DNA from: an uncultured bacterium
Lineage (GTDB): Bacteria > Bacillota_I > Bacilli_A > RFN20 > CAG-826
Direction: 5' to 3'
Assembly (NCBI GenBank): GCA_949299335.1
Contig: CASGAD010000011.1
Location: 29,162-93,161 of the forward strand
DNA length: 64,000 bases
The translations under genes and the position numbers were made by a program. The notes below the pieces were generated by a model. That model did not search any database, was not told the origin of the DNA, and was given only the letters and a program-made list of their open reading frames with translations. This document shows, one piece after another, positions 10,033 to 19,037 of the stretch (position 1 is the first letter of the stretch; each line of letters starts with the position of its first letter).

Positions 10033-11111
10033 AATTTGATGATAAAAAAATAATAAGTGATGTTAAACAAGACTCCAATTATAAAATCAAAACTACAAGT
10101 TCCAATATCTTAAAAGTCTATCAATTAGAGAAGAATAAAGAGGAAGCAAAAGTAAACAACTCAAAAAGAAAACTATTTATTTTTGGTGGTATAGGAGGAT
10201 TAGGTGTAGTATGTGCCGCAGCTGCAGCCGCTATCATAGTTGTTAATTCAAATGCTGGAAGTTCCAATGATAATCAATTTATTGAAGGAATAACAATTGA
10301 AAATACAATTTTAACTGAAGAACTTGCTACATTTAGTTATTTTAATACAAATAATGAAAGTACTACCTTGTCAAAAATTAAACTCGCAAGACAAAATCGC
10401 AATGAAGAAGAAAATTTAACTCAAGAACATTTTAATGATATCTGTAAAACTTATGATGATGTTGAGTTTGCTATCGAGAGTTTATCTAATGAAGTTAGTG
10501 TTAAAGGTTATGAATTTAATCAAGAAAAGGAAGGCACATATTATAAATATGTTAATTTCTTATATGTAAATGATAATGATACACCTTTTGCATCGTTGTA
10601 TTTTAACGATTCTAAAATAGTTGAAGATGATGATGAAATTGAAACAAGTTTTTTGGCATTATATGAACTCGATGGGAAATATTCTGATTTAACAATTGTT
10701 AAAGAAGTTGAAAACGAAGAAGATGAAGTAGAAACTAGTTATAACTTAATTTTTTATCCTAGAGATGATGACGATTATTTATATAAAATAGAAAAAGAAT
10801 CCGAAATTAAAGGTATAGAGTCAGAAGAAGCTTATTCTTATGCTATATATGATAAAAAGAACGATGAATGCCTTTATAAAATTACTTATGAAGTAGAAAA
10901 AGAATTTGGTGAAGAAGCTATTGAGTTAGAAATAGAAAAAATAGATAGTGACTATAGTTATGAAGATATCAAAATTAAAGGAGACACAACAACTTTTATA
11001 GCAAGTATGGAAAAAGAAGATGTTGAAGTTGAAGATGTTTATATAACTTTAAAGAAAGAAAATGGTGCTAAGCGATATACTTCTAGAAATGGTTTAATTT
11101 ATAATTCATAA
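10029..11111 (+). CDS. Single-pass membrane protein with a highly acidic extracytoplasmic domain; candidate anti-sigma factor
   Basis: Start overlaps the sigma gene stop (ATGA). A cytoplasmic ~45-aa N-terminus is followed by one TM helix (LFIFGGIGGLGVVCAAAAAAIIVV) and a D/E-rich C-terminal domain. No match to known anti-sigma domains could be recognised by eye. Confidence 0.45.
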   Translation: MKFDDKKIISDVKQDSNYKIKTTSSNILKVYQLEKNKEEAKVNNSKRKLFIFGGIGGLGVVCAAAAAAIIVVNSNAGSSNDNQFIEGITIENTILTEELATFSYFNTNNESTTLSKIKLARQNRNEEENLTQEHFNDICKTYDDVEFAIESLSNEVSVKGYEFNQEKEGTYYKYVNFLYVNDNDTPFASLYFNDSKIVEDDDEIETSFLALYELDGKYSDLTIVKEVENEEDEVETSYNLIFYPRDDDDYLYKIEKESEIKGIESEEAYSYAIYDKKNDECLYKITYEVEKEFGEEAIELEIEKIDSDYSYEDIKIKGDTTTFIASMEKEDVEVEDVYITLKKENGAKRYTSRNGLIYNS

Positions 11112-11184
11112 AAAATTTAAAAAAATCCAATAAAAGTAAAACATTGTTCGTATTTATAGTGAACATTAAAAAAAGGAGATAAAT

Positions 11185-12090
11185 ATGAGAAAACTAAGAA
11201 ATACAATGTTAAGCGTGTTAGGTGGAATCGTTTTATTGGGTGGAATGGTGAGTTGTTCAAATGATAATTTAAATGACCAATTTACAAATGGCTCAGGTAC
11301 ATTAAGTTCAGTTCAAAAGAAAAACATTGAAGCTTTAACTTCAATTAAAATGGTAGAGACAATTAGTAGTGTAGGCAATGTTAGTTACGCAAATAGATTT
11401 GTTAAAGATACTAATATTGATAATGATTATTTAGAGACTAGTATATTACCTACCATTGATATGTTATTAAATAATGGCTCAATTGTAACTTCTACTATTG
11501 ATGAAGTTGAGACTGATTATAATGGAACAATTTATCACTTTAAGGAAGTACTTAACTATAAAGATCACGAACTAAAGGATGCTAGTTACACATTAATTTA
11601 TAATAAGGAAACTTTTGTTGAAGAAGATAGAGACGAAAAAGAAGAAACTTCAATTCTTAATGGTATAGTCATTCTTAGCGAAGAAGAAAGATATACATTT
11701 AAAGCTTTAAATAAAGTTGAGACCGAAAAGAATGAAGTTGAACAAGAAAGATATTTCAAGATTAATATGAGCGAAACCTCATATGTAATAGTTGAAGAAG
11801 AGTTTGAAGAAGAAAGAAATAAAACTGAATCAGAATTTGAATATACATTTGTTAATAATGGAAAAGTTGAATTAAACTACTCAATTTCCTTAGAAAATAA
11901 ACAAAGATATGATGAGATAGAGTATGAAATTAACGATGTTGAATATGAAGTTAAAAAGATGATTAAAAATGGTGAAGAGGTCTATAAAGTCAAACTTGAA
12001 AACGATAAAACAGATTCTGAATACGTTACTTTCTATAAAAAAGAAGTTTTAGAAGATGGAACCGTAATCTTTACTCAATTAAACCAATAA
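11185..12090 (+). CDS. Acidic lipoprotein, function unknown
   Basis: LLGGMVSCSNDN lipobox; Glu-rich body similar in composition to the C-terminal domain of the upstream gene. RBS AAAAGGAGA. Confidence 0.6.
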   Translation: MRKLRNTMLSVLGGIVLLGGMVSCSNDNLNDQFTNGSGTLSSVQKKNIEALTSIKMVETISSVGNVSYANRFVKDTNIDNDYLETSILPTIDMLLNNGSIVTSTIDEVETDYNGTIYHFKEVLNYKDHELKDASYTLIYNKETFVEEDRDEKEETSILNGIVILSEEERYTFKALNKVETEKNEVEQERYFKINMSETSYVIVEEEFEEERNKTESEFEYTFVNNGKVELNYSISLENKQRYDEIEYEINDVEYEVKKMIKNGEEVYKVKLENDKTDSEYVTFYKKEVLEDGTVIFTQLNQ

Positions 12091-12164
12091 CAATATTTGA
12101 AATAATTTGTAATCAATGGAACATTAATTTTATTCTAGACATTAGGTACAAACTATTTAATAAA

Positions 12165-12196
12165 AGAAAAAACCATGCAAAAACATGGTTTTTTTC
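12165..12196 (+). terminator. Rho-independent terminator
   Basis: AACCATG-caaaaa-CATGGTT hairpin followed by TTTTTT. Confidence 0.7.
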
Positions 12197-12282
12197 ATTT
12201 TAATTCAATAACTATAATTTAGAATTTACAATTTATTTAGATTTTTATTAAAAAACAATTTTTGGCTAGTTATAATTATCAT

Positions 12283-13365
12283 ATGAGTTTAAGTGAAATT
12301 ATAAGTCTAATTGCTAATACCCCGATGCTTATTGTGGCTATTATATTAGTCATCGGAGTTGTTTTTATTAATGGATGGACAGACGCCCCAAACGCTATTG
12401 CTACTTGCATCTCTACTCGTTGTATAAAACCAAAAGCAGCAATTGTGATGGCGGCTGTTTTTAATTTCTTAGGCGTTTTAACTATGTTCTTTATATCTAA
12501 GCAAACTGCTGAAACTATTTCAAACATGGTTGATTTTGGTACTCAATATGCATTAGCACTCGATGCTTTATGCGCTGGTATGGTTGGTGTAATTGCTTGG
12601 GGAGTTTTGGCTTGGGCTTTCGGAATTCCTAGTAGCGAATCTCATGCATTAATCGCCGGAATTACGGGTGCTGGACTTGCAGCAATGACTATGGGATTAG
12701 ATGCTAAAATTGCCTTTGGACCAACTTCAAGTTGGGCTTTAACAATTTATGGATTAATTTTATCTTGTGTATTTGGATTTTTAGTTGGTTATCTTGTAAT
12801 TCAAACAATAAGAGGTATATGTAGGAAAATAGATCGAAATAAAACAAGACCATTTTTTAGATATGCTGAGGTTTGTAGTGGAGCAGCGATGGCTTATGTT
12901 CATGGTGCACAAGATGGTTTGAAATTTATTGGTGTTTTATTTTTGGCTATTGAATTAGCCGCTAAAGCTCAAAATCCTAATAGTATGGTTGCTTTATCTA
13001 ATGATTCTTCATTATGGTGGTTAGCTATAATTACAGCTCTTGTAATGGGATTAGGAACTTCAATAGGCGGATATAAAATTATTAAAAAAGTAGGAATGGG
13101 AATGGTAAAACTAGAAGCTTATGAAGGCTTTGCGACAGATTTTACTAGTGCAATAGGAATTTTAATTTCGACGTTATTCGGTGTTCCTGTTTCAACAACT
13201 CAAGTTAAAACTTTTTCGATTTTAGGAGTTGGTGCGAGTAATGGCATAAGAAAAGTTAATCGGAATATCGCTACAGAAATGGTAATGACTTGGATTTGTA
13301 CATTCCCAGGATGTGGTTTAATTGGATATATATTTACTTTAATATTTATAGCAATTTCAAGGTGA
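12283..13365 (+). CDS. pit: Inorganic phosphate transporter, PiT family
   Basis: Multi-TM protein. GWTDAPNAIAT near the N-terminus and a C-terminal half with FGVPVSTTQV are characteristic of PitA-type PHO4 transporters. ATG at 12283 preferred over the listed TTG at 12262. Confidence 0.85.
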   Translation: MSLSEIISLIANTPMLIVAIILVIGVVFINGWTDAPNAIATCISTRCIKPKAAIVMAAVFNFLGVLTMFFISKQTAETISNMVDFGTQYALALDALCAGMVGVIAWGVLAWAFGIPSSESHALIAGITGAGLAAMTMGLDAKIAFGPTSSWALTIYGLILSCVFGFLVGYLVIQTIRGICRKIDRNKTRPFFRYAEVCSGAAMAYVHGAQDGLKFIGVLFLAIELAAKAQNPNSMVALSNDSSLWWLAIITALVMGLGTSIGGYKIIKKVGMGMVKLEAYEGFATDFTSAIGILISTLFGVPVSTTQVKTFSILGVGASNGIRKVNRNIATEMVMTWICTFPGCGLIGYIFTLIFIAISR

Positions 13366-13375
13366 GGTGTAGATT

Positions 13376-14005
13376 ATGTTTTTTAAAAAGAAAAATAACA
13401 ATTATTTCTTTGATTCGTTTACTGAATTAACTAAATTTGCAGTAGAAGAAATAAATGTATTATCTGAAGGATTAGCAAATTTTGATAAATCAAATCTTCT
13501 AGACTTAAAAAACAGAGTGCATCAAATTGAGCACTCTGCCGATAAAAAGAAAAAGGAAATTGAAGAAAAACTCGCTAAAGAGTTTATGACCCCAATTGAT
13601 AGAGAAGATATTTTTGTCCTCCTTGATAAAATTGATGATTTATCTGATTCAATCGATGAAATTTCTTATAAACTTTATATTAGAAACTATAAAGAATTGC
13701 CTTATAAAATCAATTTATTTATAGATAAAAGTAAAGAAGCAATATTGGCTTTATATGATGTTTTCGCTAATTTTGCTAGCATCAATAAAAAAGAAATTAT
13801 TGAACCTAAGATTGACAAGGTATTGCAACTTGAAGAAGCTGTCGATAAATTATACGAGTCCTATGTTCATAAACTTTATTTAGATTTAAAAGATTATGAA
13901 AGCATAAGACTTGGTGAAAGAGTTTACTCATATTTTGAGTATGTTACAGACAAATGTAGAGATGTTTGTAAAACAGTTCTTATAATAATGTATAAGAATT
14001 TATAA
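13376..14005 (+). CDS. DUF47/PhoU-like phosphate-transport regulator, Pit-associated
   Basis: 209-aa all-helical protein immediately downstream of pit; DUF47 proteins are classically paired with pit. The order here (pit first) is the reverse of the common arrangement. Confidence 0.65.
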   Translation: MFFKKKNNNYFFDSFTELTKFAVEEINVLSEGLANFDKSNLLDLKNRVHQIEHSADKKKKEIEEKLAKEFMTPIDREDIFVLLDKIDDLSDSIDEISYKLYIRNYKELPYKINLFIDKSKEAILALYDVFANFASINKKEIIEPKIDKVLQLEEAVDKLYESYVHKLYLDLKDYESIRLGERVYSYFEYVTDKCRDVCKTVLIIMYKNL

Positions 14006-14392
14006 AAAATTCCACATAAAAACTCAGTGATTGTACTTATTTAATTTGGCATAAGCTTTCCACCTCCTACTGAGAATTCTAGCAAGAGGTGGCAATACAA
14101 AAAGAGTTACCTAATCATATTGGAAATTTGAAGAATAACATAGACTTTCAACGGACAATTCGTAAACTTTCGTCTACCTAACTACGCCTTATTTATGAAA
14201 TTAAATAATATTGTCATTCCTGCTATCTGTCTATCTCTTAGTACTATAGTAAATAAACCCAATAATGTCGACTTGTAGAATTCCTTACAGTGCCTAGTTA
14301 CTAGAAATTTCTTGATAGGGCGTAAGCCTAGTTATTCGTTCTCCTTTCACTAGTACAACAGATATACATTTTTATTTTTTTCCGTTTTTAGT
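14006..14392. other. Unassigned non-coding island with elevated GC; candidate structured RNA or gene remnant
   Basis: ~390 bp between convergent genes with no ORF of 60 aa or more in any frame. Visibly GC-richer than neighbouring intergenic DNA and contains local stems such as CCACCTC...GAGGTGG. See findings. Confidence 0.3.
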
Positions 14393-14429
14393 AAAAAAAG
14401 TGATTTCGTAAATTTCGAAACCACTTTTT
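14393..14429. terminator. Bidirectional rho-independent terminator (A-run / hairpin / T-run)
   Basis: AAAAAAA-GTGATTTCG-taaattt-CGAAACCAC-TTTTT. It reads as a terminator on both strands and serves the desulfoferrodoxin gene on the minus strand and plus-strand transcripts. Confidence 0.7.
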
Positions 14430-14447
14430 AAATGCTTTGTTATATCT

Positions 14448-14834
14448 TTATAAAGTTTTAACCCAAAGTCCATGAAGATTGCAATATTCATAGACTGCAA
14501 CAGGCTTTTCATTTTCACCAAGTGTAAATGTGTGGGTTGGAGCATCACCAGGTTTTAAATCAACCCTTCTTACTTCTTTATCTGTTACTAAGATAATAAA
14601 AGTAATATAGTGATTTTCTAACATTGGATGAATAACACTTCCAACTTGTACATTAACTTTATTTCCTTCGACAACAACAGCTGGTACATGCTTTTCTGTA
14701 GCACCATCAACTGAGTTAGCTTTGAGTTCTTCCATTGGTTCACCACAGCAAATTGTTGGGCAGCAGTGGGTGTTAGGTAATACTTCAACGATCTTACCGC
14801 ATTTATTGCACTTAAATAAACGTAAATTATCCAT
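14448..14834 (-). CDS. dfx: Desulfoferrodoxin (2Fe superoxide reductase)
   Basis: N-terminal desulforedoxin-like CNKCG...CCPTICCGEP metal site. EKHVP motif plus His/Cys ligands of the superoxide reductase centre. A hallmark of anaerobes. Confidence 0.85.
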   Translation of the reverse strand: MDNLRLFKCNKCGKIVEVLPNTHCCPTICCGEPMEELKANSVDGATEKHVPAVVVEGNKVNVQVGSVIHPMLENHYITFIILVTDKEVRRVDLKPGDAPTHTFTLGENEKPVAVYEYCNLHGLWVKTL

Positions 14835-14913
14835 TTAATTTTTCCTCCCTTAAGTATTTATATTTTAGAACGAATATGGTAAATTTTAAAGCGAATTGCA
14901 TAGGGGAGGACTT

Positions 14914-15600
14914 ATGAGCGATTATGAATTAATTCTAAATGAATTGTATAAAGAAAGTAGTGGAGACAAGTTCGTTAATTTTAGTAAGACTATCCTTAAT
15001 ACAAATTTACTTATAATTGGAGTAAAGTTACCTAAGTTAAGAAGCATTATTAAAAAATATAAATCGTGTGATTTATCTACTTTTACGCTAAATGAGTTTT
15101 ATGAAACTAATTTTATTTATGTAGCAATAAGTCTTGGTAGATGTAAAGACCTTTCTGAAGCTTATGAATTCATAGTCAAGAATAGCAATTTAATAGATTG
15201 TTGGGCAATGACAGATTCCACATATAGTTTTATTAAGCTTAATAAAAACTTAGATAACGAAATAGACATAATTGACAAATTTTTATCATCCAAAGATGAA
15301 TTTATAATCCGCTATGGTTATTTACTTTTCTTTAATTACTATAAGAATCCACTGAATTATGAAAAAATAATTTCTAGAATAAAAACTAGCGAATATTTTT
15401 ATGTCATGATGGTTGAAGCATGGTTACTTTCTTATTTAATGATTGAATATTTTGATAAAACTTATGATTATCTAAGTAAAGCAAATTTAAACCAAGTTTT
15501 AAAACTTAAAACAATATCAAAGTGTATCGATAGCTATCGAATAACTAAAGAGAATAAAGATAAATTAAAGGAGTTACGTAAAACTATTAAGTCTAAATAA
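14914..15600 (+). CDS. DNA alkylation repair protein (AlkD/AlkC-like HEAT-repeat family), putative
   Basis: All-helical ~230 aa; the N-terminal ELILNELYKESSGDKFVNFSKTI pattern resembles the pfam08713 family. Start ATG 14914 with RBS GGGGAGGA. Confidence 0.5.
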   Translation: MSDYELILNELYKESSGDKFVNFSKTILNTNLLIIGVKLPKLRSIIKKYKSCDLSTFTLNEFYETNFIYVAISLGRCKDLSEAYEFIVKNSNLIDCWAMTDSTYSFIKLNKNLDNEIDIIDKFLSSKDEFIIRYGYLLFFNYYKNPLNYEKIISRIKTSEYFYVMMVEAWLLSYLMIEYFDKTYDYLSKANLNQVLKLKTISKCIDSYRITKENKDKLKELRKTIKSK

Positions 15601-17971
15601 CCTTACTTGTAGTAGTAGAGATTAAATCCTTTGAAGTTGCTATGACTATTACTTCGCCTTTATTAAGTGGCTTAATAATTGCTAAAGCTTCACCTAAATA
15701 AGTTTTGATGTGTTCTTTATGGTAACCATCTTTAGCATAAGGACAGCCTGTACCTAAAGCTAATAAAGTTCCATTATTAACTTTAATAGAAATATCTTTA
15801 TTTTCTAAAGGTTTTAAAATTCCTTCTAAATCTGTAATTCTAATTTTTACATAAATTAAGCCATCTAATGAAGTAGTCTCATTTTCATTAATTAAATCAA
15901 TTTTAGTTGAGTTTTGCGCAGTTTTTAATGAATATTCATGTAGCTTTTCACCATTTTTTGTATATGTGATAGCCTTAATTATGCCAGGAATATATCTAAT
16001 TTTAAATTTAACTAATGAGTTTTTATTATTTCCCTTGGTAGCTATAAGTTTGTCGTTTTGATATAGCTTGATAATTGGATCATTGGTATATACTTCACAA
16101 ATTGTTTCCTTATTTTCGTATTGAGGGAAGGTGTATGATTCTAAAGCTTTAGATAATTTCCAACTTGATTTAGTTGATCTAGCCTTATGACTTTTTGGAG
16201 AAACAACAGCCATTTTTAATTTTTCTTTTTCAAAAGCAACTTTTGTATAACTTGCTTCAGCTAATGGAGATCCAATTAAATCTATTCTTCCGCTTCCAGC
16301 GCTCATCCATCCAGCTTCGCAGGTCATATTTTCGTCACAATCGTCAGCATCAACTTCACTTCCAACTCCAACTTCGCCTAAATAGTCCATTCCAGCCCAA
16401 ACAAAGTCACCAACAATACGTTTATGCTTTTTAGCTAAATTAAAGAATAATCTTGCATCAGCACAGAAAGTCTCACTTCCTAAAACAAGTCTATTAGGAT
16501 ATTTTTTTAAATCATGTTCGTATCGTAATATGCCATAGTTATAGCCTGCTATATCAACATTAGCAAACGTTCCTTTTGTAGCAGAGTCACACATTGGTAA
16601 CTTTGCACCCATTTTAAGGATAGGAGCGCCAAGTAAGTTTGTTAAATTATTGAAAAATTCACTACCTACAGCCTTATGTTTTTTCTTTTTTGAATTAGAT
16701 TTTTCTTCTTTAGCAGCTTTTTTATCATTGTAAAAACCCATACCAATACTTGAGATAAAGTTATAAAAAATATTAATTCCACAAGTTACAGGTCTAGTTT
16801 TATCCAAAGAATGAAGGTATTCAGTAAAAGTTTTCGTTAATTCGATTCCTTTTTTATGTGCGCTTTCTCCAACTTCATTACCTGTTGAATACATGATTAC
16901 AGAAGGGTGATTATAGTCTTTATCAACCATATCTTTAAAATCTTCTTGCCAATATTTTTCTAAATATAATACATAGTCATATTTGGTTTTATGTGTATAC
17001 CGGCAATCAACATATTCATCTAAAACATACATTCCTAGTTCATCACAGGCTTCTAGTAACCATTTAGAAATAGGATTATGTGCGCTTCTAATAGCATTAT
17101 ATCCATTTTCTTTTAGAATTCTGATTCTACGATATTCACTTGTTTTATTAGTGTAAGCGCCAAGTAATTGATTGTCACTATGAATGCAAGCTCCATATAA
17201 AATGACTCTTTCCCCGTTTATTAAAAATCCATCTTTGCCGTATTCAATTTGTCTAATTCCAAAATTAATTGTTTCTACATCATTATTAAAGGTAACTTTT
17301 AGTTTATAAAGTTTTGGATTTTCACTTGACCATAATTCTAAATCTTTTAAATCGAAATTTATATCAATAATTCCATCAGTTTTAGTAGTAATTTCCTGCA
17401 AAACTTCATCTAAATCTAAAACTTGAACATTAATTTCGCCAGCACACGAAGTTATTATATTAGTTTGAATAATCTTAGATTTGTAATCTAAAGTAGTGAC
17501 CTTCACCCCATTTATTTTGATGTGCTCACTATCTTTTAAATAAAGATAAACTGGACGATAAATTCCACATCCAGAATACCATCTTGAGTTAGGTTGGTCG
17601 CTATTATAAGCAATAACTTTTAATTCATTAACAACGTTAGGTTTTACTTTACCAGTGATATTTACATAAAAATTAGTATATCCATAAGGTCTAAAATGTA
17701 TTTTTTCTCCGTTAAGAAAGACAGTGGCGTTATGATATACTCCTTCAAATTCTAAGATGATATTTTTCTTTGAGTCTTCTTCGTTAAGAGTGAATTCTTT
17801 AATAAATTCATAGTCGTGGCAATCAATCCAACAACAATTTTTTCCGCTTGGTGCATCGTTTTTTCTTTCTTCAAATATCATCGCATCATAAGGAACATCA
17901 ATTAGTTTAAACTCATCATTAGAATTTAATTTTTTCACTTTCCAATTATTACAAAAATTAATTTTAGCCAT
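15593..17971 (-). CDS. Glycoside hydrolase family 2 (beta-galactosidase/beta-mannosidase type)
   Basis: 792 aa. GH2 sugar-binding, Ig-like and TIM-barrel arrangement with NAIRSAHNPISKWLLEACDELGMYVLDE and (Y)STGNE(V)G, matching the GH2 acid/base and nucleophile regions. Confidence 0.8.
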   Translation of the reverse strand: MAKINFCNNWKVKKLNSNDEFKLIDVPYDAMIFEERKNDAPSGKNCCWIDCHDYEFIKEFTLNEEDSKKNIILEFEGVYHNATVFLNGEKIHFRPYGYTNFYVNITGKVKPNVVNELKVIAYNSDQPNSRWYSGCGIYRPVYLYLKDSEHIKINGVKVTTLDYKSKIIQTNIITSCAGEINVQVLDLDEVLQEITTKTDGIIDINFDLKDLELWSSENPKLYKLKVTFNNDVETINFGIRQIEYGKDGFLINGERVILYGACIHSDNQLLGAYTNKTSEYRRIRILKENGYNAIRSAHNPISKWLLEACDELGMYVLDEYVDCRYTHKTKYDYVLYLEKYWQEDFKDMVDKDYNHPSVIMYSTGNEVGESAHKKGIELTKTFTEYLHSLDKTRPVTCGINIFYNFISSIGMGFYNDKKAAKEEKSNSKKKKHKAVGSEFFNNLTNLLGAPILKMGAKLPMCDSATKGTFANVDIAGYNYGILRYEHDLKKYPNRLVLGSETFCADARLFFNLAKKHKRIVGDFVWAGMDYLGEVGVGSEVDADDCDENMTCEAGWMSAGSGRIDLIGSPLAEASYTKVAFEKEKLKMAVVSPKSHKARSTKSSWKLSKALESYTFPQYENKETICEVYTNDPIIKLYQNDKLIATKGNNKNSLVKFKIRYIPGIIKAITYTKNGEKLHEYSLKTAQNSTKIDLINENETTSLDGLIYVKIRITDLEGILKPLENKDISIKVNNGTLLALGTGCPYAKDGYHKEHIKTYLGEALAIIKPLNKGEVIVIATSKDLISTTTSKVI

Positions 17972-18220
17972 ATAGATACCTCTCTTTTATTAATTTATAC
18001 ATTAATTTTTCTCTTAATTCTAAATAAAAAAATTTGCTAAAAACTTATTAAAACAAAGTTTTAATACTTTTTTATTATCTAGATGGTACTAAAAGAGAAA
18101 GCATTTAGTATGAGTAAATTAAAAAAATAAAAAGATCGAAAATTTATATTTCTTTTAAAAATTCATTTTTTTAAAGAAGTGAGCGACATGAATGAAATTA
18201 ATTTTTAAAATATAAAAATC

Positions 18221-18244
18221 TCTTAATAAATTAATTTATTAAGA
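18221..18244. promoter_or_regulatory. 24-bp perfect palindrome in the divergent GH2 / two-component-system intergenic region
   Basis: TCTTAATAAATT|AATTTATTAAGA, exact inverted repeat, ~60 bp upstream of the response-regulator start. Confidence 0.35.
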
Positions 18245-18305
18245 AAAAACACTTTCCTTAATTCGCTTTAAAAATAGCAAAATCAATGTTTATAATTAAA
18301 GTAAT

Positions 18306-19037
18306 ATGCTAAAGAAAAAGATTAGAATTGCAATTGTTGATGATGAAGAAGAATGTAGAAATGATTTAGTTAAAGCGCTTAAGAAATGCTTTGATAAGAT
18401 TCCTGAATCGTTTGAATATCAAGAATTTGCCTCAGGAGAGGAATTTTTAAATAAATATACAAATACTTTTGATGTAATTTTTCTAGATATTGAAATGAGC
18501 GAAATTAACGGGATGAATGTAGCTCATAAAATAAGAAAGCGCAATGATTTTGTAATTATAGTTTTTGTAACTAGGTTAATAAGTTACGCAATCGAAGGAT
18601 ATTCAGTAGGTGCGTTTGATTATGTTCTTAAGCCATTCGATGAAATTGAGTTTAATATAAAAATGCAAAAAATATTAAAAAAACTCGAAAAATCTGAATT
18701 GGAAAGAAGTATTTTAATCAAAACAAACTATAAAGATAAAATTGTTAAACTAAAAGATATTAAGTATGTTGAAGTGATAGGGCATAACATTTTATTTCAT
18801 ACGAAAGATGAAACGATTTCTTCTTGGGGAACCTTAAATGATGTTATAGCACAAATAAATTCAGAGTCATTTGCTTCTTGCAATAGATGTTATTATGTCA
18901 ATTTTAATTATGTTACCGGCATAGAAGGATTAAATTTATATTTAGATAATGACATAATACAAATTAGTAGGTACAAAAAGAATGAGTTTCTTAATTCACT
19001 TGCAAAATATTTGGGCAAAAAAGGTATAGTCGAATAA
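18306..19037 (+). CDS. LytTR-family response regulator
   Basis: Receiver domain (IAIVDDEEE.., FLDIEM.., VTRL..) plus C-terminal LytTR DNA-binding domain (LKDIKYVEVIGHNILFHT...). Its stop overlaps the kinase start (TAATG). Confidence 0.85.
   Translation: MLKKKIRIAIVDDEEECRNDLVKALKKCFDKIPESFEYQEFASGEEFLNKYTNTFDVIFLDIEMSEINGMNVAHKIRKRNDFVIIVFVTRLISYAIEGYSVGAFDYVLKPFDEIEFNIKMQKILKKLEKSELERSILIKTNYKDKIVKLKDIKYVEVIGHNILFHTKDETISSWGTLNDVIAQINSESFASCNRCYYVNFNYVTGIEGLNLYLDNDIIQISRYKKNEFLNSLAKYLGKKGIVE

Noticed and set aside
14006-14392. RNase P RNA, tmRNA or SRP RNA in the convergent-gene gap
   Set aside because: The minus strand has GUUGAAAGUCUAUG (P4-like) and GGCUUACG, but in the wrong order for RNase P and with insufficient space upstream. 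There is no tRNA-like GGUUCGA..CCA end for tmRNA, and no GUCCGGAAGGAAGCAGC SRP helix-8 motif. It is left as unassigned.
18283-18306. Leaderless-mRNA promoter for the response regulator (TATAAT 10 nt before ATG)
   Set aside because: It is plausible in Mollicutes-like organisms, but an AT-rich intergenic region gives many chance TATAAT matches. It is not called as a feature.
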